The notes below the pieces were generated by a model that was not told the DNA's origin, ran no database searches, and worked only from the letters and a program-made list of their open reading frames with translations. From Chloroflexota bacterium (GTDB lineage Bacteria > Chloroflexota > Anaerolineae > Aggregatilineales > UBA3940), in contig JAADYZ010000093.1 in assembly GCA_010092775.1 (NCBI GenBank), forward strand, positions 1 to 52,862: DNA of 52,862 nt, written 5' to 3'. A program made the position numbers and the translations under genes. This document shows positions 19,387 through 29,017 of the stretch, in pieces. Positions within the stretch are counted from its first letter, which is position 1; each line of letters starts with the position of its first letter.

Positions 19387-21041
19387 ATGTATGTTATCGG
19401 TGTTGATTTCGGAACGCTCTCTGCACGGGCCTTGGTTGTTTCTAGTGAAGATGGTCGTGAGATCGCGACGGCGGTTGCACCCTATCCGCATGGTGTGATT
19501 GATGATACGCTCCCCACTTCAGGGCAGAAACTTCCGCCAGAATGGGCGCTCCAACATCCACAAGATTATCTCGATACACTTGCTGCCTCCGTCAAGGCGG
19601 CCTTAGCTGAGGCGAAAATCTCGGCTGAAGATGTAGTCGGTATCGCCATCGACTTCACCGCCAGCTCGCCACTGCCCACAACTGCAGATGGTACGCCGCT
19701 GTGCTTTCTCGATGACTATCGCGAAGAACCGCATGCCTACGTCAAATTGTGGAAACATCATGCCAGCCAGCCCCAAGCTGATCGGATCAATCAAGTCGCG
19801 GCGGAACGTGGGGAAGCCTGGCTACAGCGCTACGGCGGTAAGTACTCATCTGAATGGTTTTTCAGCAAACTACTACAAATTCTGGATGAAGCACCAGAAG
19901 TTTACCAGGCGATCGATACCTTCATTGAGTCGGCTGACTGGGTGATCTGGCAGATGACGGGCAACAAAACCCACAATACCTGCACGGCAGGCTACAAAAT
20001 GCTCGTGCAAGACGGCAACTATCCATCACCTGAGTTTTTTGCTGCGCTCCATCCTGATTTTGAACATGTGATTGATGAAAAAGTGGGCCGGGAATTCGCT
20101 GAACTGGGCGAGCGTGCCGGCGACTTGACGCCAGAGATGGCAGAAGCGGTTGGCCTCAGGCCGGGCATCGCGGTAGCAGTGGCCAATGTTGATGCACATG
20201 TGACTGCTCCAGCCGTCAAGGCCGTCGAGCCGGGCATCATGGTGATGATCATGGGCACCTCAACCTGCCACATCATGAACGCGCAAGAGCTGCAAGAGGT
20301 GCCAGGCATGTGTGGTGTGGTCCCCGGTGGGATCATCCCAGGGTATTATGGCTATGAAGCAGGCCAGAGCGGCGTTGGTGATATCTTCGCCTGGTTTGTC
20401 GATCAGGCTGTCCCACCCGAGTACCACGAAGCTGCTCAAGCCGCTGGGATGGACCTACATCGCTATTTGGAGCAGGAGGCCGCCCAACAGCAACCGGGAG
20501 AGCACGGCTTGATTGCCCTCGATTGGTGGAACGGCAACCGCTCTACGCTGGTCGACACTGGCCTGACTGGCTTATTGATCGGCATGACGCTGGCGACCAC
20601 CGCGCCGGACATTTATCGTGCCCTCATTGAGGCCACCGCTTTCGGCACTCGGGAGATTATTGACGCTTTTGAAGGACAGGGAATCGCTGTCCGCGAGTTG
20701 GTTGCTGCCGGGGGCCTTCCAGAGAAGAATGCGCTGCTGCGCCAGATTTACGCGGATGTGACCGGTCGTCCAATTAAGTTGTCCGGCAGCCCGCAGGCGC
20801 CCGCCCTAGGTTCTGCGATGCATGCCGCTGTTGCGGCCGGTGTCTTCTCGGATATTCAATCAGCAGCAGAGAAGATGGGCACTCTTAAAGATGAGGTGAT
20901 CCACCCTATTCCAGAGAACCGAGCGGTCTATAATCAGCTTTATGCTGAGTACAAGGTACTCTACGACACCTTCGGTCGCGGCGTCAATGATGTTATGAAG
21001 CGCCTCAAAACCATCCGTAACCAGGTGAGGCTACAACCCGT

Positions 21042-21045
<4 letters not shown>
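19387..21045 (+). CDS. araB: Ribulokinase (FGGY family)
   Basis: MYVIGVDFGTLSARALVV, YSSEWFFSKLLQIL, GYEAGQSGVGDIFAWF. About 553 aa, AraB-like along its whole length. ATG 19387 is preceded by AAAGGA. Confidence 0.85.
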
Positions 21046-21692
<647 letters not shown>

Positions 21693-21702
21693 GTGTGGTT
21701 AA

Positions 21703-21737
21703 GGCAAGCCGGAGCAAGCTGTTTGCTCTGGCTTGCC
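21703..21737. terminator. Hairpin between convergent araD and the SBP-like gene (likely bidirectional terminator)
   Basis: GGCAAGCCGGAGCAA, GCTGT loop, TTGCTCTGGCTTGCC. 15-bp stem with one G-T pair. No clear U-tract. Confidence 0.5.
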
Positions 21738-21753
21738 ACTGTAGCCGAGAGGG

Positions 21754-22875
21754 TCAAAGTGTAGATTGATACAACGTTCGTAGCTGCTGCAAACAGGTGG
21801 GTGCATCGGACCAGCCCATCAACATGGCGTGGATGATATTCCCACCTTCTTCTTGAAAGTGCATCCAACCATTGTAGCGGGGTCGTAAATAGCTGGCGTC
21901 GAGCGTCGCTAGGGTGTTGCGGAAAAAGTTATGGGTCAGTGTGTTACTATGATCATCCAACCAAGCTTCACGATTGCCGGGCTGGCCACCGTTTTCTACA
22001 TACAACCCTTTCTGAACTTCGGCACTGCTGATCCATGCTGCATAGGCTGCGGCTTCTTCAGGATGTTTTGTGTTTGAAGAGACGGCAATACCAGCCCCAC
22101 CGAGTAGTGCCCCTTTTTTTCCTGGCAAATCTGTAAAGTGGATTAGATGCTCTGCATATCCATCACGCGAATAGTTCGTATATGAGAAAGTCACCGGACA
22201 GTAAGCAATCTCATCTGTGCTGCTCATATGATTGAGCATTTGAATGGGGTTCCAATTACGGCTCTCCGGATGGCTGATCTCTGCTAGCTTCAGCATGAGA
22301 GCCAACACGGCTTGACCGGCATCATCTTCGATGAGGTGGTCACTTCCCCCGATAGGGTACCCCACACTCGCGCTTAGTGTTAGAAAGGTGCAAATCGAAT
22401 CGGTAGGGCACAGTGGCACTGCCATCATATGACTGGAGTCTTTGACCTGTTCGCCATAAGTTAGCGCCTCATCCCAGGAGGTGGGCAAAGCTACCTCGAC
22501 CAAATCTGGACGATAGCAGGCCACTTGCATGGCGGCATCATTGGCTAAGGCCCACTGATGATCTTGGTAGAAATAGCTTTGATGGCTTGGGCCAGCGCTT
22601 TGTGCATTCAAGGTCTTTAGTGTGGCTGTCGGAAGGTATCCGTCTAGCGCGAGTAAGCTACCTGTAGCCACTGATGACCCCATATGCGGATGGTCGATGA
22701 CCATCAGATCGTACTCGGCGGCCAGAATATCGATCGGTGTATCAGCGAACTCCTTCAGAGAGCGCTTGCCCCACTCGATTTGAACACCAGTTTCTTTCGC
22801 ATAAACAGGCGTACTTACCTGTAACGGCTGAAAGCCCCGAGGATGATCCCAAGTCATACCACGTAGCATAATCAT
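21754..22875 (-). CDS. Periplasmic-binding-protein-fold (family 1 SBP-like) protein lacking any signal peptide
   Basis: 373 aa. It starts MIMLRGMTWDHPRGF with no hydrophobic leader. SBP-like segments: YDLMVIDHPHMG, GGAGIAVSSNTKHPEEAAAYAAWI. It lies 36 nt downstream of the GntR gene. Confidence 0.55.
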   Translation of the reverse strand: MIMLRGMTWDHPRGFQPLQVSTPVYAKETGVQIEWGKRSLKEFADTPIDILAAEYDLMVIDHPHMGSSVATGSLLALDGYLPTATLKTLNAQSAGPSHQSYFYQDHQWALANDAAMQVACYRPDLVEVALPTSWDEALTYGEQVKDSSHMMAVPLCPTDSICTFLTLSASVGYPIGGSDHLIEDDAGQAVLALMLKLAEISHPESRNWNPIQMLNHMSSTDEIAYCPVTFSYTNYSRDGYAEHLIHFTDLPGKKGALLGGAGIAVSSNTKHPEEAAAYAAWISSAEVQKGLYVENGGQPGNREAWLDDHSNTLTHNFFRNTLATLDASYLRPRYNGWMHFQEEGGNIIHAMLMGWSDAPTCLQQLRTLYQSTL

Positions 22876-22911
22876 CGTGTGATCTCCTGCGTTTTGAGGT
22901 CAGAGAAAAGT

Positions 22912-23640
22912 CTATTTCGCGTCCCCGATCTCCTGGCTCGCGACAAGTCGAGCAATGGCAGTCCAGAACTCGGTGGTGTATTCCATATGTTGAGCCATCG
23001 CTGCAAACGCAGCATCGGGATCACGAGCAACAATTGAAGCATAAACCAAATGGTGTGTGCCTTCGCCCTCGGAGATCGAGCCGATTGTGTCGAGGTGGAC
23101 TTCTGCAAGGGTGGCCTCAAGCATATCAACAAGGTTCTTAACCACTTGATAGACCATTGCATTCTGGCTGGCCTTGGCGATCAAGCGGTGAAAATTCATA
23201 TCAGCTACTAAGAAGTCATTGAATTCAATCGCAATGTCCATCTTGTGAAGTTCATGTGCAATCTCACGCAGCTCTTCACGGCTGGCGCGCTGGGCTGCTG
23301 CACGGGCTGCACTTGGCTCAATCATTAAGCGTGCATCGTTGATCTCTACGAGAGTGCCCCCGCGTACAGCTAGCTTAAATCCAATTGTCTGGCCAATGGT
23401 AGCACCTGTCTCGTTGATCACAAAGGTCCCTTCACCAACGCGAGACTCAATCAAACCGAGTGCTTCGAGTACTTTCAATGCTTCCCGCAAACTATTGCGG
23501 CCCACCCCCAATCGCTCGGCAAGTTCTCTCTCCGGTGGCAATCGATTGTCTTCACCCAGATCGCCGTGCAGAATAAACTGCTTGATCTGATAAAGGGCCA
23601 ACTCTTTGACACTGGCATGGGGAGGAAGTTTATCTAACAT
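22912..23640 (-). CDS. GntR-family transcriptional regulator, FadR subfamily (FCD C-terminal domain)
   Basis: wHTH segment LPPERELAERLGVGRNSLREALKVLEALGLIESRVGEGTFV, followed by a helical C-terminal domain. Confidence 0.85.
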   Translation of the reverse strand: MLDKLPPHASVKELALYQIKQFILHGDLGEDNRLPPERELAERLGVGRNSLREALKVLEALGLIESRVGEGTFVINETGATIGQTIGFKLAVRGGTLVEINDARLMIEPSAARAAAQRASREELREIAHELHKMDIAIEFNDFLVADMNFHRLIAKASQNAMVYQVVKNLVDMLEATLAEVHLDTIGSISEGEGTHHLVYASIVARDPDAAFAAMAQHMEYTTEFWTAIARLVASQEIGDAK

Positions 23641-23684
23641 AGTGTAGCCTATCTTCGCAGGGTGGTTGGATACGGGGTCGGGTA

Positions 23685-23729
23685 TGGTCCTACCACATCA
23701 GAGTGTATTCGAAAAAGCATGCTTGTCAA
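23685..23729 (-). promoter_or_regulatory. Promoter plus FadR-type operator upstream of the GntR gene
   Basis: The minus strand reads TTGACA (23729-23724), 16 nt spacer, TACACT (23707-23702), 6 nt, then TGGTAGGACCA (23695-23685). The operator core is TGGT-N3-ACCA. Confidence 0.5.
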
Positions 23730-23764
23730 TCACCCTGCGCGATAATCAGCATCTTTGATTAAAA

Positions 23765-23822
23765 GTGGTGGGCGACACTGATGTCCCATGCAGGGCCTCA
23801 CCAAACAGCATCGCCCAACCAC
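23765..23822 (-). terminator. Possible intrinsic terminator after the FAH gene
   Basis: On the minus strand, GTGGTTGGGCGA ... TCGCCCACCAC forms an 11-bp stem with one bulge and a long loop, followed by TTTTAAT. Confidence 0.4.
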
Positions 23823-23829
23823 CAGTCCA

Positions 23830-24687
23830 CTACATTTCGACAAGCTTATTGGTTAGGCGCCCAAGGGGCCCAACCTCTACGATGTACTCGTCGCCGGGGC
23901 GCATGTAGTCTTTCTCCGGACGCCCGATGATGACACCTTCCGGCGTCCCAGTCGAGATGATGTCACCAGGGTTGAGTGTCATATATTGACTCGCATAGGC
24001 AATGATGGTCGCCACCGCAAAGATCATATTCGCCGTATTGCTCTCCTGCCGAAGTTCGCCATTGTACCAACCCCGAATTGGCAGGTTTTGCGGATCGGGG
24101 ATCTCATCTGTGGTGACCAGATAAGGTCCGATCGGCAAGAAATTGTCTGCCGTTTTGCCTAGCAGCCATTGCCCGCTCCGGAATTGGAGGTCACGTTCGC
24201 TAAAGTCGCTGCCGTTACAGTAGCCCAGCACGCAGCCCAGCGCGTCCGCTTCACTGACTCGATGCGCGGTCTTGCCTATTACCACGACCATCTCCGCTTC
24301 GTAGTCCACTGCCTTCCAGTCGCTTGCGATGGGTACATCTTCACCAGTTGCGGCAATCGCGTTGTTGAACTTGCTGAACAGCACCGGATACTCTGGAGCT
24401 TCCATGTTGGACTCGGCGGCATGCGGCTGGTAATTCAAACCCACGCATAGGATCTTGCCAGGGTTTGGCACAGGTGGGCCGATCTTCAAGCTGTCCTCGG
24501 CATGAGTCATCGACTCATCGGCTTCAGCTAAGATCTCATGCAGGCGCGACAACATTGTGCTGCCTTGAGAGAAGAAGGCATCTGGTGTCAGGGTCGGCTC
24601 GATCCCTGTGACGTCGATAACGCCCTTGTCCGTCTTGACACCAAGCTGATAAGTTCCGTCTTGTTCAAACGTGAGTAAGATCATCAA
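23830..24687 (-). CDS. Fumarylacetoacetate hydrolase (FAH) family protein; candidate 2,4-diketo-3-deoxy-6-deoxyhexonate hydrolase
   Basis: FAH-family core: KILCVGLNYQPHA, DYEAEMVVVIGK, GDIISTGTPEGV. The specific activity is inferred from context. Confidence 0.75.
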   Translation of the reverse strand: MMILLTFEQDGTYQLGVKTDKGVIDVTGIEPTLTPDAFFSQGSTMLSRLHEILAEADESMTHAEDSLKIGPPVPNPGKILCVGLNYQPHAAESNMEAPEYPVLFSKFNNAIAATGEDVPIASDWKAVDYEAEMVVVIGKTAHRVSEADALGCVLGYCNGSDFSERDLQFRSGQWLLGKTADNFLPIGPYLVTTDEIPDPQNLPIRGWYNGELRQESNTANMIFAVATIIAYASQYMTLNPGDIISTGTPEGVIIGRPEKDYMRPGDEYIVEVGPLGRLTNKLVEM

Positions 24688-24688
24688 A

Positions 24689-25549
24689 CTATTCCTTCTT
24701 GTTGAGGAGGGCGGTCACATCTAAACGATAAATGGACCGGGCAGTTTCAAAGAAAATGTAGTTCTGCTCTTGAGCAGACAGCGATTGGATCGCTGCTGTC
24801 AATGCACTGATCCAATCGCTATACGATCCTGCCAGATGTAAGATCGGAAAATCGCTGCCAAACATCAGGCGCTGCGGTCCGAAACTCGACAAGGCATGAT
24901 CAAAGTAGCGGCGCAAATCGTCGGGCTGCCACGATCTCGTCCCTGTCTGTGTGATCATCCCAGAGAGTTTGCAGGCAACATTCTCGGATTGAGCGAGTTC
25001 AGCTAGCTGCTCAGCCCATGGCTGCCACTGACCAGTGGCAATATTCGGGTTAGCAACGTGATTGAGCACGAACTGAACATCAGGGCACTGCTTGACCAAC
25101 GAAATTGCAGCGGGAAGCTGTTCGGCCACGATGCAAATATCGAAGGTCAAATCACGTTTGCTCAATGCTTGAACACCTGTCACAAGGTTAGCATCCGTGA
25201 TAAAGCTCATTGGTTGATCTTGTAGCATCCGACGAATGCCCTTGACCAGGTGTGTCGCCGTCAGACCTTCTAGCTGCCCAGCAGCTAGCGTCGCATCTTC
25301 CAAGGTGGCGTGGGCAATAATCCCAACGATGCGGGGCTCGGTATCGGCCAAGTGTCTAACCCACTCCACCTCAGCCAGGGTGCCGGACTGGCAGCCTGCC
25401 TCGACAAAGACGATCCCATCTGGTGCGGCATCACCCGCTTCCAAGAGATAGTCTGACGGCAGATAGGCACGTTCGAAGTCATCAAACAGCCACTGATACG
25501 TCAGTTCGCTGGGGTCCCAAAAGTGGACGTGGGTGTCGACCAACGCCAT
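24689..25549 (-). CDS. Amidohydrolase-2 family protein; candidate sugar lactonase (L-fucono-1,5-lactonase-like)
   Basis: VDTHVHFWDP, VLNHVANP, NVACKLSGMIT, RLMFGSDFPI. This pattern is typical of the LigI/fuconolactonase group. Confidence 0.7.
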   Translation of the reverse strand: MALVDTHVHFWDPSELTYQWLFDDFERAYLPSDYLLEAGDAAPDGIVFVEAGCQSGTLAEVEWVRHLADTEPRIVGIIAHATLEDATLAAGQLEGLTATHLVKGIRRMLQDQPMSFITDANLVTGVQALSKRDLTFDICIVAEQLPAAISLVKQCPDVQFVLNHVANPNIATGQWQPWAEQLAELAQSENVACKLSGMITQTGTRSWQPDDLRRYFDHALSSFGPQRLMFGSDFPILHLAGSYSDWISALTAAIQSLSAQEQNYIFFETARSIYRLDVTALLNKKE

Positions 25550-25553
25550 AGGC

Positions 25554-26246
25554 TTACATCACCCCATAGGTCTCGAAGGCTTCAACGGTGCTCATGCCGT
25601 CTTCAATTGCTTTGCGCACCATATTCTCAGCACGAACCTTTTCAAGCGCTCGGTTGATCGCCTCTTCTTCAGCTGCCTTTGGCACAATCAACACACCGTC
25701 GATGTCGCCGAAGACAATATCACCCGGCTGGATCCGAATCTTCCCAATCTCGATCGGGACGCGCCAGTCGATCACTTTACCCCTTGCGCCCTGATCCTGT
25801 GCATAGCGCCCATGTGAGAACGTCGGGAAGTTTAGCCTCAGAATACCCTTGGTATCGCGAGAGTAGCCATCGACGACCGCACCAGCCGCCTTCAAGTGGA
25901 TTGCACGCGTCGACATCAATTCGCCCCACATCGCATACGGCTGAGAGGTTCCCGCCGCGATGTATACTTCGTTGGGCTTAAGGTCGTCTAGTGCATGAAA
26001 CATCAAGCCGAAAGGTTTGCTGCTGAGTTCGGTCTGTCCTTCAATCTTCTCGACATAGTAGTCTGCTTCAAGTACAGGCATGGCGCGCCCTGCAACCAGC
26101 ATATCGGGATGGAGTGCCTGAATGCGCGGGGGCAAGAATTGATGCAGCAAGCCCATCTTGTCCAACACGTCTCCGACTACGGCCGTGAAGAGTTCCGTCT
26201 TCATCAGGCTGAACAGCTCTTCGTCAGAATTCCACAGATTGGTCAT
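25554..26246 (-). CDS. RraA / HMG-CHA-aldolase-fold family protein (second paralog)
   Basis: FTAVVGDVLDKMGL, WGELMSTRAIHLKAAGAVVDGYSRD, PGDIVFGDIDGVLIVP. Start trimmed to ATG 26246 (MTNLWNS...), 1 nt from the AKR stop. Confidence 0.7.
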   Translation of the reverse strand: MTNLWNSDEELFSLMKTELFTAVVGDVLDKMGLLHQFLPPRIQALHPDMLVAGRAMPVLEADYYVEKIEGQTELSSKPFGLMFHALDDLKPNEVYIAAGTSQPYAMWGELMSTRAIHLKAAGAVVDGYSRDTKGILRLNFPTFSHGRYAQDQGARGKVIDWRVPIEIGKIRIQPGDIVFGDIDGVLIVPKAAEEEAINRALEKVRAENMVRKAIEDGMSTVEAFETYGVM

Positions 26247-26247
26247 G

Positions 26248-27222
26248 TTATGCTCCCGTTGGTGCATCGGAGCGCAGCAGGCCTTTTGACTTCAAATCTG
26301 CCCAAAGCTGCTCCGGGATGTCAGTAGTGAGCGCTTCCTCAATGCTTTTGACCTCAGAGGCGTTGCGCGCACCTAGAATCAGGCTGGTTACCGCCGGAGC
26401 TGCCATCGCGAAGCGTACAGCGGCCACCCGGAGCGGAACTGTATAGGTACTACATACGGCCTCAATGGCATGCACCTTGTCCATGATTTCGGGTGGGGCA
26501 TCGAAGTAATTGTACTTCGCACCAGGCACGGCACCGGTTGCTAGGATGCCGCTGTTGTAGACACCACCCAACAATACGCTGATCCCTTTTTCTTGACACA
26601 GCGGAAAGAACTCATCCAGGGCACCCTGCTCCAACAGCGAGTAACGACCAGCCAGAAGGAAACAATTGAAGTCCGCTGCGTTGGCGAAATCTACCAACAT
26701 CTCCCATTGATTCATACCAGCGCCAATCGCCTTGATGACGCCTTGCTCGCGTAGTTCGGCGAGCGCCGGGAAAGCCATATCCCGCGCTTTACGGAACCCG
26801 TCTTCATGATCGTCTGGGTCGTGGATGTGAACGATGTCGAGGGCATCAATCTGCAACCGTTCAAGTGACTCTTCGATGCTGCGCAGAACACCGTCTCGCG
26901 TAAAGTCCCGCACTTCTTTGCCGTCGGCGTCAATGAGATACCCTACCTTACTGGAGATCACGTAGGTACTGCGATCAAAGTCGGGTAAGATTTGACTTAG
27001 CTTGCGTTCAGATTCGCCATGACCGTAGATCGGTGCAGTATCAAAAAAGCGGACTCCCATATCGTAGGCAGCGCGAACGGTTTCCCGTGCATCCCGCATC
27101 TCAACATCAGTAAACATGTTGCCCAGTGGAGCTGCCCCCAACCCAACTGATGGGATCTTCAGGTCGGTTTGACCGACCGACCGCTGCTCAATGTTCACTG
27201 TAGTTCGCCCATGATGGTCCAT
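26248..27222 (-). CDS. Aldo/keto reductase; candidate L-fucose/L-galactose (D-threo-aldose) 1-dehydrogenase
   Basis: VGLGAAPLGNMF...VRFFDTAPIYGHGESERKLSQIL resembles the AKR-type L-galactose/L-fucose dehydrogenases. Confidence 0.7.
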   Translation of the reverse strand: MDHHGRTTVNIEQRSVGQTDLKIPSVGLGAAPLGNMFTDVEMRDARETVRAAYDMGVRFFDTAPIYGHGESERKLSQILPDFDRSTYVISSKVGYLIDADGKEVRDFTRDGVLRSIEESLERLQIDALDIVHIHDPDDHEDGFRKARDMAFPALAELREQGVIKAIGAGMNQWEMLVDFANAADFNCFLLAGRYSLLEQGALDEFFPLCQEKGISVLLGGVYNSGILATGAVPGAKYNYFDAPPEIMDKVHAIEAVCSTYTVPLRVAAVRFAMAAPAVTSLILGARNASEVKSIEEALTTDIPEQLWADLKSKGLLRSDAPTGA

Positions 27223-27227
27223 TACGC

Positions 27228-28199
27228 TTAGCTCTGCAATACTTCAACATTGACGCGACCGTCAGCCAGCGCAACCTTGAACATTTCAACCGTCTGGTCG
27301 ACCCCTCTTTGCAGGTCAGTGTAATGGGGTTCACCAATCAACACGACCAGATTGGAGTCATCCGCTTCTTCGGGGAAAGGCAGCGGATTATCCGAAAAGG
27401 TGATCTTACCAGCGATGTTGGGTTCTACCGCTTCGATGGCAGCCACAATCTCGGACATATGGGCGGCCACACCACGCAGATTAGCGACTTCTGCGCCTTT
27501 GATATCGGCTCGTGCGGCATCGATGAAAATGCGTGCGGTATCATCAGTGTATTGGTAAGCACAGCGCCCACCGAAGGGAATATGGAAGCCTTGACCAGCC
27601 GCTGCCGCGAGCATGGCTTTGGTCGGCGCGGAGGTCATGCCCTGGTCACGTCCGGGGCCATAAACGGTGTAGGGGCGTAGACCAATGCTGCCGATTTCGT
27701 CATCTTGCCAGTAGATGCGGGCGGTTCCTTCATTGGCCTGCTTATAAACACCATAATGGGTGCGCGGATTGAGGGCGGCATGATCGGGCAAGGGGCCATC
27801 CTCGTACTCTTCACTCCCGCCGAAAACCGCGATGCTGCTAGCGTAAACGACATTCTTGAGCCCAGCCTTCTTTGCCGCCTCGAATACATTCACTGTGCCG
27901 ACTACATTAACTCGCGCGCCCAAAACAGGGTTTGCTTTGCAGAAAGGCACCTGCAAGGCAGCTAGATGGATGATGTGGGTTGCGGGTTGGACCGCTTCCT
28001 CAACAGCCGCCGTATCAGTGATATCACCCTTGATGAAATTGACTCGGCCGAGTTCTTCTTCACTCATAATGAGCTTGAGACGATGCGTATCCGTCGCAAG
28101 GTCAAAGGCTGTTACTTCTGCGCCATCCTGCACCAGATCACGGACGACCCAGGCGCCAATACAGCCCATCGCACCTGTTACAAAAAAGTGTTCTTTCAT
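27228..28199 (-). CDS. Extended SDR (NAD-dependent epimerase/dehydratase family)
   Basis: Rossmann motif VTGAMGCIGAWV and catalytic YGVYK. 323 aa. Confidence 0.8.
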   Translation of the reverse strand: MKEHFFVTGAMGCIGAWVVRDLVQDGAEVTAFDLATDTHRLKLIMSEEELGRVNFIKGDITDTAAVEEAVQPATHIIHLAALQVPFCKANPVLGARVNVVGTVNVFEAAKKAGLKNVVYASSIAVFGGSEEYEDGPLPDHAALNPRTHYGVYKQANEGTARIYWQDDEIGSIGLRPYTVYGPGRDQGMTSAPTKAMLAAAAGQGFHIPFGGRCAYQYTDDTARIFIDAARADIKGAEVANLRGVAAHMSEIVAAIEAVEPNIAGKITFSDNPLPFPEEADDSNLVVLIGEPHYTDLQRGVDQTVEMFKVALADGRVNVEVLQS

Positions 28200-28238
28200 T
28201 TGTCTTTACTCCTGAATTGAGTTGAAACGTGTTTTGAT

Positions 28239-29003
28239 TTAGAATGTAATAGTCATTCCACCATCAACGACAAGCGTATGGCCGGTGACATAACTAGCTT
28301 CTTCTGAAGCGAGGAATAGGGCGGCTGACGCCATTTCGGATGCCTCACCCGGACGCCCCAACGGTATCTTGCGGCGTTTGACATACCACTCCTGAAAATC
28401 TGGCTCGGCGAAATAATCAACCCCATCGATGAGGGCCATAGGGGTGCGGGTGGCGCCAGGCGAAAGAACGTTGGCTGTGATGCCATAAGATGCTAATTCG
28501 ACTGCCAAGCTGCGCGTGAAGGCATCGATCCCGCCTTTGGTCGCCGCATAGGAATTCACCAGAGGTTCAACTGCAATCGCTTGGGTCGATGACACATTGA
28601 CAATCCGACCATAGCTTCGGTCGATCATATGGGGCGCAACCAGTTTACATAAGACGTACTGTGCTTCAAGATTGACCGCATGAACACGTCGCCATTCCTC
28701 TAATGTGCTGTCCAAGAAGCTGGAGCTGTACTGAAAACCCGCATTGTTGACCAAAATATCGATTCTTCCATGATCTTCCATAGTTTGGGCGACACAAGCT
28801 TCTAAAACTTCGTGATCGGTCACATCAGCGGCGAAAGGCACGAACCCGGGCGTCTCTTCCGCTATGGCGTCCATAGACGCCAACTTACGTGCTATACCCA
28901 CGACCTGAGCGCCCTCCTGGACGAAACGCCGGGCGATGGCTTCGCCAATACCCTGGCTGGCACCTGTGACAATGGCAACTTGCCCTTCCAATCTTTTGGA
29001 CAT
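28239..29003 (-). CDS. Classical short-chain dehydrogenase/reductase; candidate 2-keto-3-deoxy-6-deoxyhexonate 4-dehydrogenase
   Basis: VTGASQGIG, NNAG, SSTQ...YAATK. 254 aa. Confidence 0.8.
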   Translation of the reverse strand: MSKRLEGQVAIVTGASQGIGEAIARRFVQEGAQVVGIARKLASMDAIAEETPGFVPFAADVTDHEVLEACVAQTMEDHGRIDILVNNAGFQYSSSFLDSTLEEWRRVHAVNLEAQYVLCKLVAPHMIDRSYGRIVNVSSTQAIAVEPLVNSYAATKGGIDAFTRSLAVELASYGITANVLSPGATRTPMALIDGVDYFAEPDFQEWYVKRRKIPLGRPGEASEMASAALFLASEEASYVTGHTLVVDGGMTITF

Positions 29004-29017
29004 ATCTGTCGAGTCTC

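Noticed and set aside
22872-23162. 96-aa minus-strand ORF overlapping the 3' end of the GntR gene.
   Set aside because: It is an alternative frame of a gene with a clear GntR/FCD signature, and it has no independent support.
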